A DNA stretch of 64,000 bases from an uncultured bacterium (GCA_937949555.1 CALEDV010000023.1:12869-76868), one strand, 5' to 3'. Counted from the stretch's first letter, positions 47,670 to 57,637 are shown. The notes: generated by a model not told the origin, from the letters alone. Program-made: numbers and translations.

Positions 47670-49457
47670 TCAGTTGATGATTGCATGTTCTAACAGAGAG
47701 TAAAGCATACTGCAGCAGGATGCAGGAGAACTTGCTATTGTGGAAGGCATAGCATAGGGTATAGATAGGGCAATATCCTTATAGTAGGGGTCGCCTGTTA
47801 TTCTATTAAGTGCCAGTAGGTTGTCCAGCATGACTGAGTTGCTGGAGGGCAGTACATTATCTGTTATATCTTTCATCCTCAGGATGAGCCCAAGGGATGT
47901 TTCGGGGGTTGAGTAGAAGCCTTTTCCCTTTGAATCATAGAAATGCCCTAACACATAGTCTGTCAAGGCTAATGCCCATCTAAGGTGTTGGTTGCCTGTT
48001 GCAGCTTTATCGGTTTGAAGGGCAGCAGCAATCAAAAAGGCGTAATCTTCAAGGAGGGCATCTGTCCTTGTTTGTCCCTCATAATAGACACGATATAGCC
48101 CAGAATCAGGATTATAGATTTTGTCTTTAATAAAGTTGAGAGCCCTCAGGGCTGCTTCTAAAAAATCTTTTCTGTGAAATGTAGCCGATGCCTTTGCAAG
48201 GGCATATATCATTAATCCATTGCAGCCTGTAAGGGATTTTCTGTCTTTAAAGGGGCGAATCCTGTTAGAGCGTAAGAGTCTTAGTTTATTTAATATCCTA
48301 TCAAGTTGTCCCTTTATTGCAACATTCAATATTGCGTTTGAGCCTTGTTTACAATAGAGTATGTTTCTTCCGGTTTCTTCAAAATTGCCCTCCTCTGAGA
48401 GATCAAATAGGTTAAGCATTAAAGACATCTCTTCATTATTTAGGGAATCTTTAAGTTCTTTTAATGTCCATGTGTAATAGAGCCCCTCAGAGCCCTCACT
48501 GTCCGCATCCTCTGCAGTGTAGAATATTCCCTCAGGGGAAGTTAATTCCTCAAGGACATATCCTATTGTTTCTATTGCACGGTCCCTAAAAAAGTCACTC
48601 CTGGTTATTTCGTATGCCTCTGTGTAGGTCCTTATGAGCATAGCCTGATCGTAAAGCATCTTTTCAAAGTGAGGTATTGACCATTTCTGATCAGTAGCAT
48701 AGCGGTGGAATCCCTTTTCAACGATATCGTATATGCCTCCAGCACCCATGGATTCAAGAGAATGTGTAATTTTTTGCAATGCCTCCTTTGAACCATAGGC
48801 CCTGTAATAGGCAATGAAGAAAAGTAGATATGTGGGCATTGGAAACTTTGGGGCGCTGCCAAAGCCGCCATTTTGACTGTCATATATGGAACTAAGATGG
48901 TGAAATGCCCTGTGGGGTAAGGTATTCATTTCCAATGGACAAGGCTTTGCAGCCTCCTGAATGTTTGCTCTCAAGGCCTCAAATATTTTTAAGGATAGAG
49001 ACTCAATCTCAGCCCTCTGCTCAATCCATAGTCTGTTTATCTGCTGGGCTATATCAATTAAGCCTTTCCTGCCCATTGTGGTGTGCTTTGGAAGATAGGT
49101 AGCCGCAAAGAAGGGATACAGATTGGGGGTCATAACAATCGTAAGGGGCCATCCTCCTGAGCCCGTTATAAGATGGCAAAATTCCATGTAGAGGTTGTCA
49201 ATATGGGGCATCTCTTCGCGATCAACCTTGATGCAGACAAAACTGTCGTTGAGTATCTCGGCTGTTTGCTGGTCTGAGAAGGATTCTCTCTCCATCACAT
49301 GACACCAATGGCATGTAGAGTAACCCACCGAAAGGAATATAGGGATATCTCTGTCTTTTGCTTCTTTCAGGGCATGGATGTCCCAGGGTTGCCAATAAAC
49401 TGGATTATCGCTGTGCTGCTGTAAGTATGGGCTTATTTGTCCTTTGAGTCTGTTCAT
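47670..49457 (-). CDS. Thioredoxin-domain protein of the YyaL/DUF255 family (six-hairpin glycosidase-like C-terminal domain)
   Basis: 595 aa. SPYLQQHSDNPVYWQPW...IFLSVGYSTCHWCHVMERESF. Confidence 0.8.
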   Translation of the reverse strand: MNRLKGQISPYLQQHSDNPVYWQPWDIHALKEAKDRDIPIFLSVGYSTCHWCHVMERESFSDQQTAEILNDSFVCIKVDREEMPHIDNLYMEFCHLITGSGGWPLTIVMTPNLYPFFAATYLPKHTTMGRKGLIDIAQQINRLWIEQRAEIESLSLKIFEALRANIQEAAKPCPLEMNTLPHRAFHHLSSIYDSQNGGFGSAPKFPMPTYLLFFIAYYRAYGSKEALQKITHSLESMGAGGIYDIVEKGFHRYATDQKWSIPHFEKMLYDQAMLIRTYTEAYEITRSDFFRDRAIETIGYVLEELTSPEGIFYTAEDADSEGSEGLYYTWTLKELKDSLNNEEMSLMLNLFDLSEEGNFEETGRNILYCKQGSNAILNVAIKGQLDRILNKLRLLRSNRIRPFKDRKSLTGCNGLMIYALAKASATFHRKDFLEAALRALNFIKDKIYNPDSGLYRVYYEGQTRTDALLEDYAFLIAAALQTDKAATGNQHLRWALALTDYVLGHFYDSKGKGFYSTPETSLGLILRMKDITDNVLPSSNSVMLDNLLALNRITGDPYYKDIALSIPYAMPSTIASSPASCCSMLYSLLEHAIIN

Positions 49458-49505
49458 TGGAGATACCCTGCGGTTTATTTATGCAATATACCGCAGGGTT
49501 AATTA

Positions 49506-50969
49506 TTATCTGTTTGGAATAGTTAAGTATATAGTTGAGCCACTCCTATAAACGAGCACGAGGGCGCCTTGAGACTTTTTCATTGAGGCTGTGACAGCAT
49601 TGAAGTCCTTTGTGTTTGCAATCTTTTTCCTGTTTATCTCCATTATAATATCGTTTTCTGCAATTGAACCCTCCGCAGGGCTGCCTTCTGCAATGTCTGT
49701 AACTATTACTCCTGTTACTCTTTTGGGGAGTTGAAGGGTCCTTCTTATCTCAGGGGTAATATCCTGTATTTGTATGCCCCTTAAGGCACCTTCAGTAGGA
49801 GCTGACATTTTTTGCATGTCTGCCGGCAATTCATTGACCACAGCCTTGATGGTCATCTGTTTGCCTTCTCTGAGTATCTTAAGGGTAATCTCTTTGCCTG
49901 GAGGTATTGCTGCTACAGCGTTTCTGAGGGCAGAGGGTTCTGAAAACTCCTTGCCGTCTAACTCCAATATTACATCACCCCTCTTTAATCCGGCCTTTTC
50001 AGCAGGGCTGTCCTCAACCACATCTCCTATTAACACACCCTTTTCACTCGTAAGTGAGAATTGCTTTGCTAAGTCGGGTGTAATAGGTTGTATGGATACC
50101 CCTAACCAGCCTCTTACCACTTTGCCCTTCTTGATAAGGTTTTCCATGACCACCTTTGCCATATTGCTTGGAATGGCAAAGCCAATGCCTTGGTATCCGC
50201 CAGAGGTGCTGAAGATGGCTGTGTTAATACCGATAAGTTCACCTCTTACATTAACAAGGGCACCCCCTGAATTGCCAGGATTGATTGCAGCATCGGTTTG
50301 TATGAAATCCTCATAGTCTGCAATGCCAACATTAGCCCTGCCTGTAGCGCTGATAATTCCAGAGGTGACAGTTTGTGTAAGTCCAAAGGGATTGCCAATG
50401 GCAAGGATCATTTCACCCACCTTCAACCTATCTGAATCACCCCATTTTATAACTGGCAGTTTGTCCGACTGGATCTTGATAACTGCTATGTCTGTCTTTG
50501 AATCACTGCCTATTACCTTGCCTGTAAACTCCCTTTTGTCCGATAGTTTTACCTTGATCTCATCGGCATCCTTTACTACATGATAGTTTGTAAGTATGTA
50601 TCCGTCCTTATCAACTATAACTCCAGAGCCAAGTCCAGACTGCCTATGTTCCCTTGGCCTTTCAAAGAATCTGAACTCATCACCGAAGAATCTCCTAAAA
50701 AAGGGGTCGTTGAAAAAGGGATTTGGAGTTCCTTGACTCTTGATTGTCCTTACGGAGGATATGTTTACTACAGAGGGTTTGACAGCCATAGCAACCTCTG
50801 AAAGGGCTTGATTTGTTTTAGTTAATATATCTATTGATTCCTTTGAGATAAGGGTATCCTGAGAGTAGCCTTTACTCTGAAAATTAAATTGTGAAGAGAT
50901 AGTAAGCCCAATAACCAATCCGAGAATCGTGAAAATAAGTCCTATTGAAGCTGCCTTTTTAAGTGTCAT
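49506..50969 (-). CDS. htrA: Periplasmic serine endoprotease DegP/HtrA with two PDZ domains
   Basis: 487 aa. TNYHVV, D.AV.K, GNSGGALVN catalytic triad context, two PDZ segments. Confidence 0.9.
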   Translation of the reverse strand: MTLKKAASIGLIFTILGLVIGLTISSQFNFQSKGYSQDTLISKESIDILTKTNQALSEVAMAVKPSVVNISSVRTIKSQGTPNPFFNDPFFRRFFGDEFRFFERPREHRQSGLGSGVIVDKDGYILTNYHVVKDADEIKVKLSDKREFTGKVIGSDSKTDIAVIKIQSDKLPVIKWGDSDRLKVGEMILAIGNPFGLTQTVTSGIISATGRANVGIADYEDFIQTDAAINPGNSGGALVNVRGELIGINTAIFSTSGGYQGIGFAIPSNMAKVVMENLIKKGKVVRGWLGVSIQPITPDLAKQFSLTSEKGVLIGDVVEDSPAEKAGLKRGDVILELDGKEFSEPSALRNAVAAIPPGKEITLKILREGKQMTIKAVVNELPADMQKMSAPTEGALRGIQIQDITPEIRRTLQLPKRVTGVIVTDIAEGSPAEGSIAENDIIMEINRKKIANTKDFNAVTASMKKSQGALVLVYRSGSTIYLTIPNR

Positions 50970-50989
50970 CCTTATTACCTCCGTTGATC

Positions 50990-51023
50990 AATAAAAAATA
51001 AAAGGGGGCTTTAAAAAGCCCCC
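50990..51023 (-). terminator. Rho-independent terminator after the hsp20 triplet
   Basis: Minus strand: GGGGGCTT / AAGCCCCC stem (51004-51023), followed by TTTTATTTTTTATT. Confidence 0.75.
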
Positions 51024-51049
51024 TTTTTAAAGCCCCCTATTTTAACCTT

Positions 51050-51550
51050 TTACTCCGCCTTAATTGCAATCTTTTTGGTCTCTCTGAGGGCAGATTCTGT
51101 CTTTGGAAGGACGATATTTAATATCCCTTTGTTGAATTTTGCCTCAACCTTGTCAACATTGATCTCTACAGGCAGAGGTACAGTGCGGCAGAAAGATCCG
51201 TAGGAACGTTCCATCCTGTAGTAATCCTTACCCTTGTCTTCCTTTTCCGCCTTTTTTTCTCCCTTTATTGTAATTGAATCCTTGTTGACAGAAACATCCA
51301 GATCCTTTTCGTCCATGCCTGGAAGTTCTGCGGAGATCTTTATCTCTTTGTCTGTTTCTATAACATCTATCTTTGGGCTAAAACCCTCAAAACCCTGTCT
51401 AAAGGGTGCAAGCTCAAACTCCTTGAAAAAATTATCAAACACTGAGTTTATATCCCTTTGTAGTGCATAAAAGGGATTGTCTTCTTCCTTTCTAACAGGG
51501 ACAGAAGATTCTCCTGAAAAGGGTCGCTTTATAAGATTCTTGAAAAACAT
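51050..51550 (-). CDS. hsp20: Hsp20/alpha-crystallin small heat-shock protein
   Basis: 166 aa. alpha-crystallin domain ...DV.ETD.E..I.AELPG....D.DV.V....I.G... Confidence 0.88.
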   Translation of the reverse strand: MFFKNLIKRPFSGESSVPVRKEEDNPFYALQRDINSVFDNFFKEFELAPFRQGFEGFSPKIDVIETDKEIKISAELPGMDEKDLDVSVNKDSITIKGEKKAEKEDKGKDYYRMERSYGSFCRTVPLPVEINVDKVEAKFNKGILNIVLPKTESALRETKKIAIKAE

Positions 51551-51561
51551 AATAACACCTC

Positions 51562-51966
51562 CTATTCTGATATTACGGCTATCTTCTTAGTCTTAGCCGC
51601 TGCAGACTTTGGCAGTATTATTGTGAGCACCCCATTCTTTACCTTTGCCTGGATCTTTTCTCTGTCAACCTCATTAGATAGAGTAAAGACCCTTTGATAA
51701 TCTCCAGTGCCATATTCAAACAGTGCTGGTTTAAGTCCTTCATCAAACTCCAATAATACCTTGCCGTAGATTGTTAGCAGGTTTTTCTCAAGGGTTATGT
51801 CCACGGAGTTTTCGTCACAACCTGCCATATCGGCTATTACAACTATTTCGTCAGTTCTCTCAATAATATCTACTGCAGGCATATATACCTTCTGATCCTT
51901 AGTTCTTTCCACCCCTGCTGGTGACTCGACCTCTTTCTTTTGGATCTCCTGAGTGTTCTCCTGCAT
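51562..51966 (-). CDS. hsp20: Hsp20/alpha-crystallin small heat-shock protein
   Basis: 134 aa. PAVDIIERTDEIVVIADMAGC...GVLTIILPK. Confidence 0.88.
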   Translation of the reverse strand: MQENTQEIQKKEVESPAGVERTKDQKVYMPAVDIIERTDEIVVIADMAGCDENSVDITLEKNLLTIYGKVLLEFDEGLKPALFEYGTGDYQRVFTLSNEVDREKIQAKVKNGVLTIILPKSAAAKTKKIAVISE

Positions 51967-51980
51967 AATCTCATCACCTC

Positions 51981-52391
51981 CTATTCAGATTTGATCTCAA
52001 TCTTCTTGGGCTTTTCAGCCTCAGCCCTGGGCAATGTAACTGTCAATATCCCTCTTCCAAAATTGGCTGAAACCTTGTTGCTCTCAATGTTGAACGGAAG
52101 TTCAATAGACTTGTTAAAGCTTCCATACCACCTTTCTCTCCTGTGATAGGTATCGTTGTTCTTTAATTCTTCTGAGTTTCTACAACCCTTGAGCGTTACA
52201 ATTTTACCTATTACGGATACATCAATGTCCTGAGGATTTAGTCCAGGCAGCTCAGTGGTAATTACAGCCCTGTCATCGGAAACCCAAACATTAAAGGGAG
52301 GAAACTCAGTCCTTCTTTGAGGCACCCTCCATCTGCTGCCTGTCATGCCCCAAAGGGGTTCAAAGATCCTTTCAAAGTCTGATAGTAACAT
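51981..52391 (-). CDS. hsp20: Hsp20/alpha-crystallin small heat-shock protein
   Basis: 136 aa. PPFNVWVSDDRAVITTELPG...GILTVTLPR. GAAGGAGG RBS. Confidence 0.88.
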   Translation of the reverse strand: MLLSDFERIFEPLWGMTGSRWRVPQRRTEFPPFNVWVSDDRAVITTELPGLNPQDIDVSVIGKIVTLKGCRNSEELKNNDTYHRRERWYGSFNKSIELPFNIESNKVSANFGRGILTVTLPRAEAEKPKKIEIKSE

Positions 52392-52463
52392 AGCATTTAC
52401 CTCCTTCTTTCTTGGTTTAATAGCCTTTGTTTATGATTGACCTAAGGCATTTTTATAGTATTA

Positions 52464-52481
52464 AAGCAATGTTTATGCCAA
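52464..52481 (-). promoter_or_regulatory. Sigma-54 promoter upstream of the hsp20 operon
   Basis: Minus strand TTGGCATAAACATTGCTT: GG and GC in canonical -24/-12 register, about 75 nt upstream of ATG 52391. Confidence 0.6.
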
Positions 52482-52799
52482 TTTGTAAAATATGGCTTTC
52501 TGCTATTAAAAGACATTGAAATTCATGCAATATTAAGGGATAAGGTCATTAATGAGAGGTTGCACATTGAAGGATTCTCAATTAGTTAGGTCCTTATGTA
52601 TTGAAGGGATAGGACAAAGGTTACATTACTGGGTCATAATTATCTATTTGCATTGAAAGCGTCCTTAGTCAAAAGATCCAATGCACCTTTGATGGACCCT
52701 AAGGGTCATATGCAAGGTTTATGATTTACATTGAAGAATTGCCATGGTTTCTTTAGGGTGCTCTAAAAGATTACCCAATGGGACTATAGGTGTATACCC

Positions 52800-53009
52800 A
52801 AAATTGCCAATAGAAAACTGTAGGAGCAAGAGGGCATGCCTGAAGGCCTTTATACTGCCACAGGGTTTATTAAAAAGGGCCATAGGTCATTCAGTCCCCA
52901 AGGGGTGATTAGTTTGGCATTATCTGTGAAAGTCCAGAGGTCTCGTAAAAAGGGTTGGCAATAAGGCCTTTTCGGCACACCCCCTTACTCCTATCGGCAA
53001 TTTAAGGAC
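52800..53009 (+). repeat. ~205-bp long-palindrome (MITE/Correia-like) repeat, copy B
   Basis: AAAATTGCCAATAGAAAACTGTAGGAGCAAGAGGGCATGCC ... GGCACACCCCCTTACTCCTATCGGCAATTTAAGGAC. Termini are inverted repeats and the interior is also self-complementary. Confidence 0.85.
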
Positions 53010-53046
53010 TGTGAACCCTTTGGAGGTATTAAGGGCAGGGATATCT

Positions 53047-54306
53047 CTACTTGTTCATCATATCAAGAAAATCTTGATTGCTCTTTGAACCCTTAAGTTT
53101 ACTCAGCAGAAATTCCATGCTCTCTACAGTGCTTAGGGGATTTAATACCTTTCTTAATATCCACATCTTATTAAGCACATCAGCAGGCACAAGTAGTTCC
53201 TCTTTACGGGTGCCCGAGGCATTGATATCAATAGTTGGGAATATCCTCTTATCCACGAGCTTCCTATCAAGATGGAGTTCCATATTGCCTGTGCCTTTGA
53301 ATTCTTCAAAGATCACATCGTCCATTCTGCTGCCTGTATCCACAAGGGCTGTGGCTATAATAGTAAGGCTTCCGCCTTCCTCTATATTTCTTGCAGTGCC
53401 AAAAAATCTTTTGGGCTTCTGAAGGGCATTGGCTTCAAGGCCTCCTGAGAGCACCTTTCCGCTTGTGGGAGATATAGCATTATATGCCCTTGCAAGTCTT
53501 GTGATGCTGTCCAGGAGTATAACCGCATCCCTGCCAGCCTCTACTAGCCTCTTTGCCCGTTCAATAACCATCTCAGAGACCTGACAATGCCTCTGTGGAG
53601 GTTCATCAAAGGTAGAGCTTATTATCTCTGCAGTGCTGACTTGCCTCTTCCAGTCAGTAACCTCCTCGGGTCTCTCGTCTATCAACAGTATTATTAAATC
53701 TATCTCCTTATGGTTTGCCTTTATTGCCTTTGCAATAGATTGAAGGAGCATGGTTTTGCCTGTCCTTGGCGCTGCAACAATAAGCCCCCTTTGACCTCTG
53801 CCTATGGGGGCAATCAAGTCCATGACCCGCATGGAATAATCGGAGTCGTACTCAAGGTTGATCTTTTGGGTTGGGTAATAGGGTGTAAGATTGTCAAAAA
53901 GGGACCTGCTTGTATTTGCCTCAGGCGTAGAACCATTGATGGTTTCAACCTTAAGGAGCGCAAAGTATCGTTCATTCTCCTTTGGTGGCCTTATATGCCC
54001 TGATATGTAATCACCTGTGCGTAAGGAAAATCTTCTTATTTGGGACGGCGACACATATATGTCATCCGGTGAAGGCAGGTAGCTGTAATCTAAAGATCTG
54101 AGAAAACCAAACCCATCAGGCAAAATCTCAAGCACCCCAGAGCCGTAGACATTGCCTATCTTCTCTGCCTGCCCCTGCAGTATGCTGAATATGATGTCCT
54201 GCTTCCTCATCCCCCCTGCGCCTTCTACATTGAGTTCCTTTGCAAGGACCGTTAAATCATCAATTGACATGGATTTCAATTCTGATATTGAAATATAATT
54301 ATCCAT
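53047..54306 (-). CDS. rho: Transcription termination factor Rho
   Basis: [17 protein letters not shown]-terminus, RNA-binding [21 protein letters not shown]-like Walker A ([15 protein letters not shown]), ALVDTGS. Start set at MDNYIS (AGAGGT SD). Confidence 0.93.
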   Translation of the reverse strand: MDNYISISELKSMSIDDLTVLAKELNVEGAGGMRKQDIIFSILQGQAEKIGNVYGSGVLEILPDGFGFLRSLDYSYLPSPDDIYVSPSQIRRFSLRTGDYISGHIRPPKENERYFALLKVETINGSTPEANTSRSLFDNLTPYYPTQKINLEYDSDYSMRVMDLIAPIGRGQRGLIVAAPRTGKTMLLQSIAKAIKANHKEIDLIILLIDERPEEVTDWKRQVSTAEIISSTFDEPPQRHCQVSEMVIERAKRLVEAGRDAVILLDSITRLARAYNAISPTSGKVLSGGLEANALQKPKRFFGTARNIEEGGSLTIIATALVDTGSRMDDVIFEEFKGTGNMELHLDRKLVDKRIFPTIDINASGTRKEELLVPADVLNKMWILRKVLNPLSTVESMEFLLSKLKGSKSNQDFLDMMNK

Positions 54307-54496
54307 AGGCTTGTTACCTCTTTCTGTGGGCATGTTATAAATTTTTAAGACAGTGAATTCACAAACTATTCTGGATTGGTTATTTAGTTTTTTTTTAAAT
54401 CCCTTTGTCCCTAAACGGTTTTGGAGGGAGTAAATTGATTCTGATAGATAAGATACAAAAAGATTTTAACTTTGTCAATAGCCAGCTTTAAGAGAT

Positions 54497-55405
54497 ATGA
54501 AAAAAATACCACCTTTTTTTGACCGCCACATTCATTTCCTGATTGAGGGCTCTAAACCTAAGGCCCATGAAATAGATGACAGGATAATAGCCCCAATGCT
54601 TAAGAGGGGAATACTGTCCTTCTATGATATGGGAGGTAAAGGTGAGCATGGATTAGTTATAAAAAGCTATTGTCGGCATATGAAAACTGCAGGCGCTGCA
54701 CTATATAAAAAGGGCGGATATGGGTCCTTTCTGGGGATTGGCATTGATAATAAAGCCGACATATCAAGGGCGATTCTAAATAATGCAGGCAAGGGTGTCG
54801 ATTTTATTAAGGTCATAAATTCAGGCATAGTGTCGGCAGACCCTTCGCAGGCTGTTTCCAGTGGGGGATTTAGCAGGGAAGAGATGAGAATGATTGTAGA
54901 AGAGGCTGCAGAAAGGGGATTAAGGGTTTTTTGCCATTGTAATGGAGAACAGTCCATACTTGATGCTCTTGTCTCTGGCGTATCCTCCATTGAACATGGG
55001 TTTTTTATCACCGAAGAATGCTTACAAATCATGGCGTCACAGGATACAAGCTGGACCCCTACAATCTTTGCCCTTAAAGCCTTTAGAGATACTATATCTG
55101 ACATAGAAGCACGAAGATACCTTGATTCAGTAATTGATAAACATCTTGAGTCGGTTTACAGGGCACATCGGTTGGGGATTAAAATAGGGGCAGGTTCAGA
55201 CAGTGGGGCAAAGGGTGTGCGCCATGGAGAGTCCTTTTTTGAAGAACTCAAACTTCTCCTCAAGGCTGGACTCTCTAAGGAGGAAGTGCTGAGGGCTGGC
55301 ACAATGGAAGAACAGGAGCTTGAAAGGGGCAATTATGTTGTGATCGACGAGGGTTTCTTTGAGGGTAATAGTAACATGGAGGTTTGTTTCAGTTCGATTA
55401 TCTAA
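54497..55405 (+). CDS. Amidohydrolase-superfamily metal-dependent hydrolase
   Basis: 302 aa. N-terminal FDRHIHF (HxH), internal FCHCNG, IEHG, and GSDSG near the C-terminus. Confidence 0.65.
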   Translation: MKKIPPFFDRHIHFLIEGSKPKAHEIDDRIIAPMLKRGILSFYDMGGKGEHGLVIKSYCRHMKTAGAALYKKGGYGSFLGIGIDNKADISRAILNNAGKGVDFIKVINSGIVSADPSQAVSSGGFSREEMRMIVEEAAERGLRVFCHCNGEQSILDALVSGVSSIEHGFFITEECLQIMASQDTSWTPTIFALKAFRDTISDIEARRYLDSVIDKHLESVYRAHRLGIKIGAGSDSGAKGVRHGESFFEELKLLLKAGLSKEEVLRAGTMEEQELERGNYVVIDEGFFEGNSNMEVCFSSII

Positions 55406-55694
55406 TTACAGTGTTTTCCTGAATCCTCTCTCCTGTTGTTTCTGCAACTATAAGGGCGCCCTCTATGCCAGCCTCAGAAGGGATTACCACAAACTCCTCT
55501 GCTGCAAATCTTGCCAGCCTCATAAAGTAACTCATTGGTGCTCTTTGTGCCAAAGTGTGATTCAAGCACAGAACAACCTGTAAGGGTCTGTGCCCCTCAA
55601 GTCTTGTATAGGTGGCGAGATTGGGACGCCCTGTCTCAATGTCCCCTATCAGGTCTCATGTAAATTTATATTTCCTCTACTGCATGTTTGTTTC

Positions 55695-56357
55695 TCACTC
55701 TATCCATTTTAGGACTTCGCTTAAAGCTACCCTGTTAGTTTTAAATTGATTGATTGGCTCATCCCTATCAGGATATCCAATGGATATGCCCAATACAAGC
55801 CTCTTTGAGGGGGGTATTTGCAGAAATTCCTTTGTCTGTTTTGCATAGTCGGTGAGAAAGGCCTGTGGCACAGTTCCAAGACCCTTTGCGTGAGCTGCAA
55901 GCATAAGGCTTTGTGCAAATAGTCCCATATCAAATATTGACCAGGGAGTAAGGGAGTCATCCTGAAAAAGCAATATGCCCTGGGGTGCGCCATAAAACCT
56001 TGAGTTTGCGATCTTGGCTGCCTTGACTACCGCTGGGTCTCTGAGATCTACCCCAAGCTGTTTAGCCCTTGACGAAAAGAGGTCATCTATCCTTCTCTTC
56101 TGTGCCTCTGGCCACCCCTTTGGTTCTGGTATATCAGGGGTCATAGGTTCTCCCTTTTCAAGCAAAGCTACAAGCATTTTAGAGAGCTCTTCCTTTTTTT
56201 TGCCCGATATAATAATAACCTCCCAGGGTTGCGTGTTTTTGTACGAAGGACTCCAAAGGGCGGCCTCTATAACCTCCTGAAGCAACTCTTTTGGTACTGG
56301 TTCGGGCTTAAATTTCCTTATGCTCATCCTTGTCTTAATACACTCAATGGTATCCAT
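55695..56357 (-). CDS. Nitroreductase-family protein
   Basis: Start set at MDTIECIKTRMSIRKF (AAGGAGGG RBS). SPSYKNTQPW motif. The ORF-track N-terminal extension to 56549 runs into repeat copy C. Confidence 0.82.
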   Translation of the reverse strand: MDTIECIKTRMSIRKFKPEPVPKELLQEVIEAALWSPSYKNTQPWEVIIISGKKKEELSKMLVALLEKGEPMTPDIPEPKGWPEAQKRRIDDLFSSRAKQLGVDLRDPAVVKAAKIANSRFYGAPQGILLFQDDSLTPWSIFDMGLFAQSLMLAAHAKGLGTVPQAFLTDYAKQTKEFLQIPPSKRLVLGISIGYPDRDEPINQFKTNRVALSEVLKWIE

Positions 56358-56542
56358 CTTATAACCCTCCTTGTTTTTGTAGATAATCCTAAGCAGTATT
56401 TCACAGGGGATTAGTTTAACATTTTCAGGACACATCATTATAAGGCCCCTTAAGTCGGATATGCAATTGCGAAAATAAAAAGAAAAACGTCTATTGAGCC
56501 TTATCCTCTGATCCTGTCTTGTGCTGCAACCATAACCATAAC

Positions 56543-56749
56543 TTGCCAATAGGAATTTATAACAAAGAAAGGGGGGTATGCCTCAAGGCCTTTATACTGC
56601 GACAAAACTATCTAAAAAGGGCCTTGGTCTTAGGTTGCCCTTGGGTGAATGCCTTTGCATCGTTTTTAGGGTGTAAGAGTTCTTGCAAATAGGTGTCGCA
56701 ATAAAGCCTATTCGGCATACTCCCCCTTTTTTCTATCGGCAATTTAGGG
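56543..56749 (+). repeat. ~205-bp long-palindrome (MITE/Correia-like) repeat, copy C (most diverged)
   Basis: TTGCCAATAGGAATTTATAAC...GGGGGGTATGCCTCAAGGCCTTTATACTGCGACA...GGCATACTCCCCCTTTTTTCTATCGGCAATTTAGGGCC. Collinear with copy B. Confidence 0.8.
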
Positions 56750-56807
56750 CCATAAGATTTCAATTGACAAACATAAGGCTTTTGTTGTTTAATTTACATT
56801 CCAAAAC

Positions 56808-56880
56808 GGGCGGATAGCTCAGTTGGGAGAGCACAGCCCTTACAAGGCTGGGGTCACAGGTTCAAGCCCTGTTCCGCCTA
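56808..56880 (+). tRNA. tRNA-Val (anticodon TAC)
   Basis: Manual cloverleaf: acceptor GGGCGGA/TCCGCCT, D arm GCTC-AGTTGGGA-GAGC, anticodon arm CAGCC-CTTACAA-GGCTG, T arm ACAGG-TTCAAGC-CCTGT, discriminator A. No encoded CCA. Confidence 0.9.
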
Positions 56881-56899
56881 CTTTTTCTTATATCTCTTT

Positions 56900-56973
56900 G
56901 GGGTGGTAGTTCAGCCGGTTAGAACGCTTGCCTGTCACGCAAGAGGCCGCGGGTTCGAGCCCCGTCCGCCCCG
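56900..56973 (+). tRNA. tRNA-Asp (anticodon GTC)
   Basis: Manual cloverleaf: acceptor GGGGTGG/CCGCCCC, D arm GTTC-AGCCGGTTA-GAAC, anticodon arm CTTGC-CTGTCAC-GCAAG, T arm GCGGG-TTCGAGC-CCCGT, discriminator G. Confidence 0.9.
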
Positions 56974-57295
56974 CCTTAGAAATCAATTTCTTAAATATTG
57001 CGTTAGCCCGCAGGATGTTCTGCTTTTATAACCCATAGGCCGTCTCCTTTGAGTTCCTTATCCCTTTGCAGAATCTATATTCCCCCATATATAAACGTAT
57101 CTCCAAAGAACAACAACTCTTTTCTCATCCCATTCTGCCTTCTGCTTACATCTTGCCTGATAGCTATGTATCTTTTCCTTTGTAAACTTGATACCTACTT
57201 TATTAATTTCAATCTTTGTGTTACATTTTAACTACATCTTTTTGTGCTCCTTTTGTTTAGAATTTTTGCTCTCTTACCCCATTGATACTGATTCA

Positions 57296-57637
57296 AAGGG
57301 ACAACTTTTTTATAAGTGCCGATCTCAGTGCAAGGGAATTTTTTGTGTCAAAGAGAGCGCCGTTGCAGTAAGGGCAGAACAATATGGACTTGTAGCCCTT
57401 AGAGGATCTCTGATTTAGCTGAAAGAGGTGGTCACAGGCCTTGCATTTTGGTCCAGAGCGTTTTATGCCGTTGTTGTAATAGATATAGTAGTGAGGGGTG
57501 TGACATGTAGGGCAGGTAGTAAGGGAAGAGTCTTTGGGAGGGTTGGCATTTTCTTTAACAGGCTTCAGGGGTTTGCCTTGAGCGGTCTGATACTGAGCCA
57601 GAAGGAGTTTGTAGTCTTTGGCAGGGGAGATAGGTTT
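57296..57637 (-). pseudogene. Start-less zinc-ribbon ORF remnant (transposase/IS-accessory-like double CxxC)
   Basis: Own translation, stop to stop, 114 codons: ...TTCPTCHTPHYYIYYNNGIKRSGPKCKACDHLFQ...LFCPYCNGALF... No ATG/GTG/TTG start near the 5' end of the frame, the only in-frame one being a TTG in the last third. Confidence 0.4.
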
